Notes: generated by a model from the sequence alone, not told the origin. Positions 17,516 to 27,477 are shown, counted from the stretch's first letter. The stretch is DNA of 36,416 nt from Bacteroidota bacterium (GCA_018268175.1 JAFDXB010000112.1:1-36416), one strand, 5' to 3'. Numbers and translations are program-made.

Positions 17516-18997
17516 TTAAAGGATTTTCCTAAGCCTTGCAACGGGAATATTAAGTTGTTCACGATATTTTGCCACAGTTCTGCGGGCAATGTTATATCCT
17601 TTTTCCTGAAGCATTTCAGTTAATTTTTCATCACTGTAAGGATGCTTTTTATTTTCTGCATCTATCATATCAGTGAGAATTTTCTTTACTTCCCTTGTGC
17701 TTACTTCCTCACCGGAATCAGTTTGTAAACTTTCACTGAAGAAAAATTTAAGCCTGTAACTTCCAAACTCCGTTTGAACAAACTTGCTGTTAGCAACCCG
17801 GCTCACTGTAGAAATATCAAGATTAGTAAGTTCAGCGATATCTTTTAGAATCATTGGTTTCAATTCAGTTTCATCGCCTGTAAGAAAGAAATTTCTTTGG
17901 TAATTCATAATTGCTTCCATTGTATTAAGCAAAGTATTTTGCCTTTGTTTGATAGCATCTATAAACCACTTTGCGGAATCAATTTTTTGTTTAATGAACA
18001 TTACTGCTTCCTTCTGCCTTTTATCTTTCTTTGAACCTTTGTCGTAATCTTTAAGCATGTCGCGGTAACCTTCGCTAATGCGAAGATCCGGCGCGTTTTT
18101 GCTGTTTAGCGACAATTCCAGTTTACCGTTATTGTTTACAATAAAGAAATCGGGAATAATATAATTTTCACCTTTACTTTGATCGTTTACAATACCACCC
18201 GGTTTTGGATTGAGTTTAATAATTATATTAATGATATCCCGAAGTTGCTGATCATTAAGATCGAGAGCTTTTTGTATTTTCTCGTAATGCTTCTTTGTAA
18301 ATTCATCAAAGTATTTATCAATTATCTTAATTGCAAGTTCGGTTTCCTGATTTTGTTCTTGTTTTCTCCTGAGTTGTATCAATAGGCACTCCTGTAAATT
18401 TCTGGCTCCAACTCCCGGTGGGTCGAACTGCTGGATTTTAGCGATAATATTATTTAATTCTTTTGGAGTTGTTTCAATTCCCTGCCGAAAGGCAAGGTCA
18501 TCAATCAAAGCAGTTTCTTCACGCCTTAAATAGCCATCATCATCAAGGCTGCCTACAAGATGAACTGCAATTTTTCTTTCTTCATCATTAAGAGTTAGCA
18601 ACCCAAGCTGGCTTAGCATAAGTTCATTAAAACTGGTTTCAACCTTATGAGGTATCACTCTGTTATCTTCAGAGTCGGGATAATTTTCATCGCGTAATCT
18701 GTAATCACCAACTTCATCATCTCCCTCATGCACATACTCACTTATATCAATATTTTCATAATCATCTGAACTGCCGTCAGGTTCAAAATCATCAGTGTTA
18801 TCTGCAAATTCATCATGATTGTCAGCCTCTTCTTCAACAGAATCTTCAACTTGTTCAAGAGCAGGATTTTCTTCAATCTCTTCTTTTATTCTTTCGTCGA
18901 GAATAGCAGTAGGCACTTGTAAAAGTTTCATCAGTTGAATTTGCTGAGGTGATAACTTTTGCAAAAGCTTTTGCTGTAAACTCTGATGTAATGCCAT
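17516..18997 (-). CDS. rpoN: RNA polymerase sigma-54 factor
   Basis: Gln/Leu-rich region I, DPPGVGARNLQECLLIQL, HTH DISTVSRV and RpoN box ARRTVAKYRE. Confidence 0.99.
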   Translation of the reverse strand: MALHQSLQQKLLQKLSPQQIQLMKLLQVPTAILDERIKEEIEENPALEQVEDSVEEEADNHDEFADNTDDFEPDGSSDDYENIDISEYVHEGDDEVGDYRLRDENYPDSEDNRVIPHKVETSFNELMLSQLGLLTLNDEERKIAVHLVGSLDDDGYLRREETALIDDLAFRQGIETTPKELNNIIAKIQQFDPPGVGARNLQECLLIQLRRKQEQNQETELAIKIIDKYFDEFTKKHYEKIQKALDLNDQQLRDIINIIIKLNPKPGGIVNDQSKGENYIIPDFFIVNNNGKLELSLNSKNAPDLRISEGYRDMLKDYDKGSKKDKRQKEAVMFIKQKIDSAKWFIDAIKQRQNTLLNTMEAIMNYQRNFFLTGDETELKPMILKDIAELTNLDISTVSRVANSKFVQTEFGSYRLKFFFSESLQTDSGEEVSTREVKKILTDMIDAENKKHPYSDEKLTEMLQEKGYNIARRTVAKYREQLNIPVARLRKIL

Positions 18998-19050
18998 AAC
19001 AATAATTTTTCGAGCCGTAAAATTAACGAATAACCATTAGTTATCCCTGC

Positions 19051-20244
19051 TTAATAAAAGTACTCCGCTTTGTAAGGATATCTTAATTGATACATTTTTC
19101 TAACATTATTGAGAATTGTCTGCCGCAATTCAGTAATGTTTAATTTTTCTGTAGCAGAAATAAAAACACAATTGCCTTTTGTAATTTCCTGCCATTTCTC
19201 CTTTAATTCATTTATAATTTGTTTTTTCACATCATCATCCAACCATTTATCAAAAACCAGTTCCTCAAATTTGTCCATTTTGTTGAATATGGTAATTGTT
19301 GGTTTTTCACCTGCGCCAAGGTCAGCGAGAGTTTTATTAACAACCTGTATTTGCTCTTCATATTTTGGATGTGAAATGTCAACAACATGAAGCAAAACAT
19401 CTGCTTCAATAACTTCATCGAGAGTGCTTTTAAAACTTTCAACGAGATGGTGCGGTAATTTTCTTATAAATCCAACAGTATCGCTTAACAAAAAGGGAGT
19501 CTGTTCAAAAACAACTTTTCTTGTTGTTGTGTCAAGAGTTGCAAATAATTTATTTTCAGCAAACACTTCACTTTTACTAAGAACATTCATCAATGTAGAT
19601 TTTCCCACATTGGTATAGCCAACCAGTGCAACCCTGATAAATTCTCCTCTTTCTTTTCGTTGAGTAAAGGCCTGTTTATCTATTTCCTGCAATCTCTTTC
19701 TTAAGAGAGAAATTTTATCTTTAACAAGGCGCCTGTCGGTTTCTATTTCCGTTTCACCGGGACCTCTTGTGCCCACACCGCCGCCTTGCCTTTCAAGGTG
19801 TTTCCACATACCTTTTAACCGTGGTAGCAAGTATTGGTATTGCGCAAGTTCTACCTGGGTTTTTGCTTGTGCGGTTTTTGCCCGCGAAGCGAAAATATCC
19901 AGAATAAGGTCAGAACGGTCAATAGTTTTTTTGCCAACTGCCTTTTCAATATTTATAATTTGAGAACCGGTTAATTCGTCATCAAAAATTACAAGATCTA
20001 TATCACCTTTGAAAATTATATAATTCTTGATTTCTTCAAGTTTTCCTTTGCCCAAAAAAGTTTTGCTGTCCGGCTTTTGCATTTTTTGAGTGAAGGTTTT
20101 TACGGTAACAGCGCCTGCTGTTTCTGCAAGAAATTGCAGTTCAGTAAGGTATTCATTAACCTGCTGTTCTGTTTCCCCGGCTTTTATCATGGCAACAAGA
20201 ATTGCCCGTTCTTCGCGATAAATATTTTGTTTTTTTTCTATCAA
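19051..20244 (-). CDS. hflX: GTPase HflX
   Basis: GPGETEIETDRR, GYTNVGKST, LFATLDTT, DTVGFI and NKMD. TTG start. Confidence 0.98.
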   Translation of the reverse strand: MIEKKQNIYREERAILVAMIKAGETEQQVNEYLTELQFLAETAGAVTVKTFTQKMQKPDSKTFLGKGKLEEIKNYIIFKGDIDLVIFDDELTGSQIINIEKAVGKKTIDRSDLILDIFASRAKTAQAKTQVELAQYQYLLPRLKGMWKHLERQGGGVGTRGPGETEIETDRRLVKDKISLLRKRLQEIDKQAFTQRKERGEFIRVALVGYTNVGKSTLMNVLSKSEVFAENKLFATLDTTTRKVVFEQTPFLLSDTVGFIRKLPHHLVESFKSTLDEVIEADVLLHVVDISHPKYEEQIQVVNKTLADLGAGEKPTITIFNKMDKFEELVFDKWLDDDVKKQIINELKEKWQEITKGNCVFISATEKLNITELRQTILNNVRKMYQLRYPYKAEYFY

Positions 20245-20265
20245 GTTTTAATTTTTGATGGCTTT

Positions 20266-20295
20266 AAACATAAAGCGTTCCGAAAACGGAACGCT
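20266..20295 (-). terminator. Terminator-like hairpin between surA and hflX (interrupted U tract)
   Basis: AGCGTTCCG-TTTT-CGGAACGCT, then TTATGTTT on the minus strand. Confidence 0.7.
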
Positions 20296-20301
20296 ACAAA
20301 A

Positions 20302-21657
20302 TTATTTTTTTACTGCAGTATCATTTACAATCCACCTTTTCATAGCGTTGCAGTTTTTGTATTCATCATCTACCATGATGTAGTATGTTTTTATTTTATC
20401 GTTGAACCATTTTTCAAGCGCCTCTTCCTTTTTTTCTTCTAAAGCCCTGGTGGCAACTTTGTTATAATCATTAAGAAGATTTTCCCGGTGAGGTTCTGTT
20501 TTCGTTTTCAGATAAACTATTCTTACACCCTTCTTACCACGTTCATCGGTAAATTCCACAGGTTGTGAAATTTCACCCACTTTCAGGTTTTCAATTAATG
20601 GTATCATGCTTTTATCAAGCTGGTCAATAGTTAAGAAGGTACCTTCTCTTCCCATTAACATACCGGCTGTAAACTTGCTTGATTCATCATCACTGTATTT
20701 AGAAACGGCAGTTCCGAAATCCATTGTATGTGCGATTATTTTTGCTCTTACACTGTCGAGTTTTGCATATCCTTCTTTTAATTCTTCCTGAGTAACTTTT
20801 GGAATTATTAAAATATGCCGTACAACAGCATCATCGCCAACCCTGCTTAATAATTGAATTATGTGATAACCAAATCGCGTTTTAAACGGATTGCTAATTT
20901 GACCTTCTTTTAAAGTAAAAGCTTTCGACATCCAAACAGGATCCATATCACGTTGAGTTCTGTTTATTTCATATTGTCCGCCTCTGTCTTTGCTACCTTC
21001 ATCTTCGGAGTAAATTTTAGCCATTGCACCAAAGTCACGCCCGGCCTCAATTTGCTTTTTAATATTTCCAAGTTGTTCCAGAGCATATTCTTCCGCTTCG
21101 CGGTTAGCTTTAGGATAAACAACTATTTGCCCTATTTCAACTTCTGATTCATAAAGAGGCAAGCTGTCAACAGGAATTTTGTCAAAATATTCCTTCACTT
21201 CGTTTGGAGTGATAGTAATATTTGAAACAATTTTATTTCTCATTGATTCAGCAAGTTTACGGTCGCGGAAACTTTGTTTAAAATCTTCTTTAATTTGATA
21301 AACAGTTCTTCCGGCAACGCGTTCAAGTTCATCTTTTGAGCCGTAAGCGTTTATAAAACCGCGTATTTGATTGTCAATTGCAAGTTCCACTTCTTCATCA
21401 GTAACCGGAAGTGAATCTTTTTCAGCCTGCAAAACAAGAGCTTTCAAACCCATTGCCTGTTCAAGAGTAAGGCAGCGGGCATCAGGTGGCAAATCTATTC
21501 CCTGACGTTGCATATCAAGCAAACTGTTTTCAATATCACTTTTCAAAATTACTTTGTTGCCAACCACGGCAGCAATTTTATCAGCAACAACTTTCTTAGG
21601 TTGAGCCTTAGCTGCCATTGCACAAAATAATATTGCGAAAGAAAAAATGTACTTCAT
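20302..21657 (-). CDS. surA: SurA-like periplasmic chaperone / parvulin peptidyl-prolyl isomerase
   Basis: Signal peptide, DKIAAVVG...ILKSDI SurA N-domain and two rotamase domains (FGAMAKIYSED...ISNPFKTRFGYHII; FGTAVSKYSDD...GEISQP). Confidence 0.9.
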   Translation of the reverse strand: MKYIFSFAILFCAMAAKAQPKKVVADKIAAVVGNKVILKSDIENSLLDMQRQGIDLPPDARCLTLEQAMGLKALVLQAEKDSLPVTDEEVELAIDNQIRGFINAYGSKDELERVAGRTVYQIKEDFKQSFRDRKLAESMRNKIVSNITITPNEVKEYFDKIPVDSLPLYESEVEIGQIVVYPKANREAEEYALEQLGNIKKQIEAGRDFGAMAKIYSEDEGSKDRGGQYEINRTQRDMDPVWMSKAFTLKEGQISNPFKTRFGYHIIQLLSRVGDDAVVRHILIIPKVTQEELKEGYAKLDSVRAKIIAHTMDFGTAVSKYSDDESSKFTAGMLMGREGTFLTIDQLDKSMIPLIENLKVGEISQPVEFTDERGKKGVRIVYLKTKTEPHRENLLNDYNKVATRALEEKKEEALEKWFNDKIKTYYIMVDDEYKNCNAMKRWIVNDTAVKK

Positions 21658-21666
21658 TTATTAATG

Positions 21667-24531
21667 TTAGAGTGTTCGTTTAATTTCAACTTCTTCAAAA
21701 GCTTCAACTATATCACCTACTTTAATGTCGTTATAATTTCTGATAACAAGGCCGCATTCCATATTAGATGAAACCTCTTTAACGTCATCACGGAAACGTT
21801 TCAGGCTCGCAAGTTCACCGGTAAAAATAACTATACCGTCTCTGATAAGCCTTATGCGATTGTTTCTTGCAATTTTTCCATCAAGAACAAAACATCCGGC
21901 CACGGTAGCTTTATCAAATTTGTAAGTTTCCCTTATCTCAACATTTCCAAGTACTTTATCTTCAACCGTAGGTTCAAGCATACCTTCCATAGCGCTCTTG
22001 ATTTCTTCAATTGCGTTATAAATAATTGAGTAAGTTTTTATTTCTATTGATTCAGATTCAGCAAGTTTGGCAGCCTGTAATGAAGGGCGAACGTTAAACC
22101 CGATTATAATTGCGTCAGATGCATTTGCAAGTGTAACATCACTTTCAGTTATAGCACCCACAGCTTTGTGAATTACTTTAACCACAATTTCTTCTGTGCT
22201 TAATTTCTGTAAACTGTCGCTCAGTGCTTCAACAGATCCGTCCACGTCACCTTTTATAATAACATTAAGTTCTTTAAAGTTTCCGAGAGCAAGCCTTCTT
22301 CCGATTTCATCGAGAGTAATATGTTTTTTAGAGCGAATTCCTTGTTCTCTTAAAATTTGCCCGCGACGTGTTGCAGTTTCTCTTGCTTCCGATTCGTTTG
22401 AGAATACTTTAAAAGTTTCTCCTGCCTGAGGCGCACCATTTAATCCAAGAATTAATGCCGGAGTTGATGGCGGAGCCGAATTAAGCCTTGTATTTCTTTC
22501 GTTGTACATTGCTTTAACCTTACCAAAAAACTGCCCTGATACGATCATATCACCGGTTTTCAAAGTTCCGTTTTGTACAAGAACTGTAGCAACGTAGCCT
22601 CTTCCTTTATCGAGCGATGCTTCAATAACAGTTCCGTTTGCGGGTTTTTCCGGATTAGCTTTAAGTTCGAGAATATCTGTTTCAAGTAATATTTTTTCAA
22701 GAAGAAGATCAACATTCAAACCCTTTTTGGCGCTGATTTCCTGGCTTTGATATTTACCTCCCCAACTTTCTACAAGAATATTCATCTGCGCAAGTTGTTC
22801 TTTAATTTTTTCCGGATTTGCAGATTCTTTATCCATTTTATTGATGGCAAAAATCATAGGAACTGATGCAGCCTGAGCATGGGATATTGCTTCTTTGGTT
22901 TGAGGCATAACAGCATCGTCGGCAGCAATTACTATAACTGCAATATCAGTAATTTTTGCACCTCTTGCACGCATAGCTGTAAACGCTTCGTGGCCGGGTG
23001 TATCGAGGAAAGTAATTGTTCTACCTGTTTTTGTAGTTACTTCATAAGCGCCTATATGCTGGGTTATACCACCGGCTTCACCACCAATTACGTTTGTGTT
23101 TCTTATATAATCAAGTAATGAAGTTTTACCATGATCTACGTGTCCCATTATTGTTACGATAGGTGAACGTGGAATTTGGTTTTCGGGGTCATCATCAGGT
23201 TCGTCTGTATCAATTTCTGCGGCATCATCAACACCTATAAATTCAACTTCATAATTAAATTCACCGGCAACAAGTTCAATTACGTCTGCTTCTAAACGTT
23301 GGTTAATTGAAACCATGATACCAAGGTTCATACATTTGCTGATAACGTCTGCAAAACTCACATCCATTAATCCTGCAAGTTCACTTACTGTAACAAATTC
23401 TGTTACCTGAAGTTTTGTGTTTTCATTTTCAGCGCCTGCCTGTTCAGCATGTTCTTCTCTTTTAGCTTTGCGGTATTTAGCTTTTAGGCTTTTTCCTCTG
23501 CCACCGGCTCCTGAGAGTTTAGCCTGAGTTTGTTTGAGTTTATCCTGAATCTCTTTCTCATCAATTACTTTATCTTCTCTTTTTGCGTGAGCATGACCCT
23601 GTTGTTTTCCATGGAATCTTTGTCCCTGGCCTTGGCCCGGGCGTTGATTTCCCGGACGGTTTTGGCGATCCTGCGGATTAGCAGGCTGGCCTTGCCCTGA
23701 AACAGGACGCTTTTGAACAGGAATACGCTTCCTTGGGCCTTTTGCATCAGTTCTTTTCGGGCGTGTATCGTGTTCTGTAGGAAGTTCAATTCTGCCTACA
23801 ACTTTAGGCCCTGTAATTTTCTGTGCTTGAATATTTTCAATAACTGCAGGTTCATCTTCTGCAGGTTTTGTTTCTTTTTGTTCTGCTGCCGGGGCAGAAG
23901 GTTCGGCTTCTTTTGCGGGAGCAGGAGGCACTTCTTTTGAAGGCTTTGGTTCAGCTTTTTTAGCTGATTTTTTTGGTTTGCCAATTTCCGAAAGGTCAAC
24001 AGTACCAACAATTTTCGGTCCTTCAATTTCCGGTGCGGTCAAATTAGAAATTTCAGGTGCAGGCGTTTCTTCCGCCTTAGGCGAAGGTGCGGGTTCCGGC
24101 TGCGCTTCAACCACTTGAGGCGTAGGTTCTTCTTTCACTTCTTCCTGAATTTTAACTTCAGGTTCAGGCTGTGGTTCCGCTTGGGGAACTTCCGGTTCTG
24201 CCGGCGCAACTACCGGCTCTTCAACTTCAACAAGTTTTGCCTTTACTTTTTCCTCTTTCCTTTTAAAGGAAATATCTTCTTCATCCTTCTTCTTTCTTTG
24301 CTCTGCAGTGGCACCTTTAGGTAGATCTATCTGCTCTGCCTTTTGTTTAGCAACCTTATCCTGCTGAAATTCCGACTGAAGAATACTGTACATATCTTCA
24401 GTAAGTTTTGCTGTAGGCTTAAGGTCGTCTGCATTAAAATTTTTAGACACAAGGAATTCAATCAGTGTTTGAGTACCGATATTAAATTCTTTGGCCGCTG
24501 CCATTAACCTTGGGGTTTTTACTTCTGCCAT
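21667..24531 (-). CDS. infB: Translation initiation factor IF-2
   Basis: [42 protein letters not shown] and a long Pro/Glu/Ala/Lys-rich N-terminal region. Start moved to ATG 24531 (MAEVKTPRL). Confidence 0.99.
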   Translation of the reverse strand: MAEVKTPRLMAAAKEFNIGTQTLIEFLVSKNFNADDLKPTAKLTEDMYSILQSEFQQDKVAKQKAEQIDLPKGATAEQRKKKDEEDISFKRKEEKVKAKLVEVEEPVVAPAEPEVPQAEPQPEPEVKIQEEVKEEPTPQVVEAQPEPAPSPKAEETPAPEISNLTAPEIEGPKIVGTVDLSEIGKPKKSAKKAEPKPSKEVPPAPAKEAEPSAPAAEQKETKPAEDEPAVIENIQAQKITGPKVVGRIELPTEHDTRPKRTDAKGPRKRIPVQKRPVSGQGQPANPQDRQNRPGNQRPGQGQGQRFHGKQQGHAHAKREDKVIDEKEIQDKLKQTQAKLSGAGGRGKSLKAKYRKAKREEHAEQAGAENENTKLQVTEFVTVSELAGLMDVSFADVISKCMNLGIMVSINQRLEADVIELVAGEFNYEVEFIGVDDAAEIDTDEPDDDPENQIPRSPIVTIMGHVDHGKTSLLDYIRNTNVIGGEAGGITQHIGAYEVTTKTGRTITFLDTPGHEAFTAMRARGAKITDIAVIVIAADDAVMPQTKEAISHAQAASVPMIFAINKMDKESANPEKIKEQLAQMNILVESWGGKYQSQEISAKKGLNVDLLLEKILLETDILELKANPEKPANGTVIEASLDKGRGYVATVLVQNGTLKTGDMIVSGQFFGKVKAMYNERNTRLNSAPPSTPALILGLNGAPQAGETFKVFSNESEARETATRRGQILREQGIRSKKHITLDEIGRRLALGNFKELNVIIKGDVDGSVEALSDSLQKLSTEEIVVKVIHKAVGAITESDVTLANASDAIIIGFNVRPSLQAAKLAESESIEIKTYSIIYNAIEEIKSAMEGMLEPTVEDKVLGNVEIRETYKFDKATVAGCFVLDGKIARNNRIRLIRDGIVIFTGELASLKRFRDDVKEVSSNMECGLVIRNYNDIKVGDIVEAFEEVEIKRTL

Positions 24532-24606
24532 TCTGTTTTTTATGTTTTGCCCGCGCAAAACTCGTTTTAATTATTTTAAATCCATCCTTAAAAATGAACA
24601 GTTTAA

Positions 24607-25854
24607 TTATTCATTTTCAAATTCAGCTTTTAATATTTTTCTTACTTCTTCTATTGTTTCCACTTCAAGGTCTGTTCTTTTTTCAAGTTCCTTAACCGGA
24701 AGATCAAGAACAGAAAGGGCTGTATCACATCCAACTGCTTTTAAAGCATCAATGATCCAACCTTCAATTTCATCTGCAAATTCATCTAAGTCAATATCAT
24801 AATCCTCTTCCTCTTCATTATCACGGAATACATCAATTTCGTAACCTGTTAATTCTGAAGCAAGTTTTATATTAACCCCGCGTCTTCCTATAGCAAGAGA
24901 AACCTGATCGGATTTCAAATATACCTTTGCATGTTTTTTCTCCTGATCCAATTCAATTGAAGTAATTTTTGCAGGAGTAAGAGAGCGTTGAATTAAAAGC
25001 TGAACGTTTGAAGTCCAGTTAATTACATCAATATTTTCATTTTTTAATTCTCTTACAATTCCATGAATCCGGCTACCTTTCATACCAACACAAGCGCCAA
25101 CGGGGTCAATTCTGTCGTCGTAGCTTTCCACAGCAACTTTAGCTCTTTCGCCCGGATCGCGAACAATCTTTTTTACAACGATAAGCCCGTCAAAGATTTC
25201 AGGGACTTCAATTTCAAGAAGTTTTTCAAGAAAAGACGGACTGGTACGGGATAAAATAATAACTGCCTGACTGTTTTTTAATTCTACCTTTTTAACTACA
25301 GCACGAATAGTTTCGCCTTTTTTAAAATGGTCTGCCGGAATTTGTTCAGATTTAGGAAGTATCATTTCATTACCATCTTCATCTAATACCAAAGCTTCCT
25401 TTTTCCATGCCTGATAAACTTCACCCGTGATAATATCACCAATACGGTCTTCATATTTTTTTACCAGGAAATTCTTTTTAAGGTCATTAATTCTTGCAGC
25501 AAGAGTTTGCTTTCCGGCAAGAATTGCCCTTCTTCCAAATTCCTTTTGAATGTCCACTTCTTCATAAAGTTCTTCACCTACCTGATAGTCGGGTTCAACT
25601 TTAATGGCATCTTTGTATTCAATTTCAGTAAGAGTATTATAAAGATCATCGTTTTCCACAATAGTTCTTCTTCGGAATATTTCAAGATCACCTTTTTGGT
25701 CGTTTACGATAACGTCAAAGTTTTCGTCGCTGCCGTACTTCTTTCGTATAAGGGTTTTGAATACATCCTCCATAACCTTCATAAGAGTAGGCCTGTCGAT
25801 ATTTTCAGCATCCTTAAATTCCTGAAACGAATCTATTAAGTTAATACTTGCCAT
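24607..25854 (-). CDS. nusA: Transcription termination/antitermination factor NusA
   Basis: FGRRA, S1 domain, EVPEIFDG, DPVGACVGMKGSRI and SLAIGRRGVNIKLASELTG. Start at ATG 25854 (MASINLI). Confidence 0.99.
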   Translation of the reverse strand: MASINLIDSFQEFKDAENIDRPTLMKVMEDVFKTLIRKKYGSDENFDVIVNDQKGDLEIFRRRTIVENDDLYNTLTEIEYKDAIKVEPDYQVGEELYEEVDIQKEFGRRAILAGKQTLAARINDLKKNFLVKKYEDRIGDIITGEVYQAWKKEALVLDEDGNEMILPKSEQIPADHFKKGETIRAVVKKVELKNSQAVIILSRTSPSFLEKLLEIEVPEIFDGLIVVKKIVRDPGERAKVAVESYDDRIDPVGACVGMKGSRIHGIVRELKNENIDVINWTSNVQLLIQRSLTPAKITSIELDQEKKHAKVYLKSDQVSLAIGRRGVNIKLASELTGYEIDVFRDNEEEEDYDIDLDEFADEIEGWIIDALKAVGCDTALSVLDLPVKELEKRTDLEVETIEEVRKILKAEFENE

Positions 25855-25860
25855 ATAATT

Positions 25861-25889
25861 CCCGGCTTTATACACCTGCCGGGAGGTGT
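25861..25889 (-). promoter_or_regulatory. Predicted H-type RNA pseudoknot in the rimP-nusA intercistronic region
   Basis: mRNA ACACC-U-CCCGGC-A-GGUGU-AUAAA-GCCGGG, then AAUUAU-AUG. Both stems are perfect Watson-Crick. Confidence 0.6.
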
Positions 25890-25895
25890 TTGTTA

Positions 25896-26351
25896 TTAAA
25901 ATTTTATTTGCACTATTGTTTTTACAATATTTTCAAAAGGCACTTCAGGTGTGGTTTTTACAGCTTTCTTATTTTTCCCTTCCACAACTTCCAGCGTTAA
26001 AAATCCTTCATTTACATCAATTAATTTCCCTGCTATTACAGAGTCGTCTTTTAAAAAAACCTCAACATCTCTGCCTACATTTTTTTTATACTGGCGCAAT
26101 GTTTTTAAAGGTTCGCCAACTCCCGGACTCGAAACTTCCAGCGAAAAATCACCATCAGGAAAGATTGCTGCTTCTTCAAGTTTTTTATACAATGCCCGGT
26201 TTATTTTAATGCATCTTTCAATGGCTAACCCATTATCAGCATCAAGATAAACTTTTACATTATTGGTAGGTTTTATCCTTATTTCCACTAAAAAAGTATC
26301 ATCTTCAAGCAGTGGATTTAAAAACTCCTGTATCTGTTCTTCTTTATTCAT
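25896..26351 (-). CDS. rimP: Ribosome maturation factor RimP
   Basis: FSLEVSSPGVGEPL and QYKKNVGR motifs; first gene of rimP-nusA-infB. Confidence 0.98.
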   Translation of the reverse strand: MNKEEQIQEFLNPLLEDDTFLVEIRIKPTNNVKVYLDADNGLAIERCIKINRALYKKLEEAAIFPDGDFSLEVSSPGVGEPLKTLRQYKKNVGRDVEVFLKDDSVIAGKLIDVNEGFLTLEVVEGKNKKAVKTTPEVPFENIVKTIVQIKF

Positions 26352-26356
26352 CTTTT

Positions 26357-26388
26357 AATTAAAGAAGGGAACGCCTCCGTTCCCTTCT
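26357..26388 (-). promoter_or_regulatory. Attenuator-like hairpin in the rimP 5' leader
   Basis: Perfect 11-bp stem AGAAGGGAACG-GAGG-CGTTCCCTTCT followed by TTAATT, lying between the promoter and the ATG. Confidence 0.7.
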
Positions 26389-26408
26389 ATTCTTTCCTTA
26401 ATTCGCTG

Positions 26409-26439
26409 CAAAGATACATTAATATAATAATCTTTCAAA
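26409..26439 (-). promoter_or_regulatory. Housekeeping promoter of the rimP-nusA-infB operon
   Basis: TTTG-N19-TATCTTTG, a full Bacteroidota -33/-7 consensus. Confidence 0.8.
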
Positions 26440-26493
26440 AAAAACGGAATGTGTGGATGTTAAAATTTAACATCAATGTTCATAAATGACAGG

Positions 26494-26501
26494 TAATTTT
26501 G
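26494..26501 (+). promoter_or_regulatory. -7 promoter box 4 nt before the start codon at 26506
   Basis: TAATTTTG-ctga-ATG. Confidence 0.6.
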
Positions 26502-26505
26502 CTGA

Positions 26506-26727
26506 ATGAATATTTTCCGGCTTTTATTTGAATTGTTCCTTTTATATCTGCTGTACAAACTGGTTTTCAGGTTTATTATTCCCGTTTATCAAACAACCAA
26601 GATTATGAAACAAAAGATGAATAAAATGCAGGAAGACATTAACCGTTCCCGTCCCCAACCTCAACCGGAACCTCCAAAATCGAAAGATATTGAAGGGGAA
26701 TATATTGATTATGAGGAAATAAGATAA
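26506..26727 (+). CDS. Small single-pass membrane protein (DUF4834-like)
   Basis: N-terminal transmembrane helix, Gln/Pro-rich linker and C-terminal GEYIDYEEI motif. Confidence 0.8.
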   Translation: MNIFRLLFELFLLYLLYKLVFRFIIPVYQTTKIMKQKMNKMQEDINRSRPQPQPEPPKSKDIEGEYIDYEEIR

Positions 26728-27338
26728 GCCAATTGTTCTTCTATCCTTTCTTCCGGCTGAAGGTAATAAGTTTTAAAACCCATTCTTTTTGCTGCTTCAA
26801 TATTATTAATTGAATCATCAATAAACAAAGTGCCTTCCGCTTTTATGCCGGCATCATTCATCACAAATTCAAATACATTTTCATATGGTTTTCTATATCC
26901 TATTAAATGAGAATAATATGCCTTTTTAAAAAAGGAGGATAAAGAAGTATAATTTGTTTGTTGCAAAAGCATTTTATCAAACTCCCTTTTATGTGTAATG
27001 TTTGTATTACTAAGAAGGTACAGGTTGTACTTTTGTTTTAATAATTCCAGAAATTCCAGGCTTTCAATTCTATAGCTAAGTAGCATATCATTCCATGCAC
27101 TAATAATTTGTGCTGTAGATGGGGGCGGAGTTTTAAGAGATTTTAAAGTTTCAAAAAGTAGCTCTTCGGAAATATGGCCCTTTTCAAAATTTTCAAAAAG
27201 GCCATTGATTTTATATTGAGAAAATAATTCTTCAAAATTATTATAACCAAGTTTTTTGAAAGATTCAACAGTTCGGTTGTAATCAATATTGAGAAGTACA
27301 CCGCCGAAATCGAACAATAAATTTTTAAAATCCTCCAT
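26709..27338 (-). CDS. HAD-superfamily phosphatase (YihX-like)
   Basis: Motif I FDFGGVL, LLSNTN, RKP and FIDDS. Confidence 0.92.
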   Translation of the reverse strand: MEDFKNLLFDFGGVLLNIDYNRTVESFKKLGYNNFEELFSQYKINGLFENFEKGHISEELLFETLKSLKTPPPSTAQIISAWNDMLLSYRIESLEFLELLKQKYNLYLLSNTNITHKREFDKMLLQQTNYTSLSSFFKKAYYSHLIGYRKPYENVFEFVMNDAGIKAEGTLFIDDSINNIEAAKRMGFKTYYLQPEERIEEQLAYLISS

Positions 27339-27366
27339 TTTTTGTTTGCAAATATCTGTTTTTACT

Positions 27367-27374
27367 TACTTTTG
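27367..27374 (+). promoter_or_regulatory. Housekeeping promoter -7 box for the tRNA
   Basis: TACTTTTG with TTTG copies upstream; about 30 nt before the tRNA. Confidence 0.7.
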
Positions 27375-27403
27375 CACCTCATTAATTGTTTACAGTTAAT
27401 TGA

Positions 27404-27477
27404 GGGCCTATAGCTCAGTTGGTTAGAGCACCTGACTCATAATCAGGTGGTCCTAGGTTCAAGTCCTAGTGGGCCCA
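27404..27477 (+). tRNA. tRNA-Ile2 (CAU anticodon, lysidine-modified, reads AUA)
   Basis: Acceptor stem GGGCCTA/TGGGCCC-A, D arm GCTCAGTTGGTTAGAGC, anticodon loop CTCATAA and T loop GTTCAAG. G1-C72 is paired (not initiator), and C4-G69/C5-G68 are TilS determinants. CCA is not encoded. Confidence 0.93.

Noticed and set aside
23580-24240. Repetitive Pro/Glu/Ala/Gln-rich DNA as a repeat array
   Set aside because: It is the normal low-complexity N-terminal linker of IF-2.
26709-26727. 19-nt convergent overlap between the DUF4834-like and HAD genes as antisense regulation
   Set aside because: Short 3' overlaps are common in compact genomes, and nothing else supports a regulatory role.
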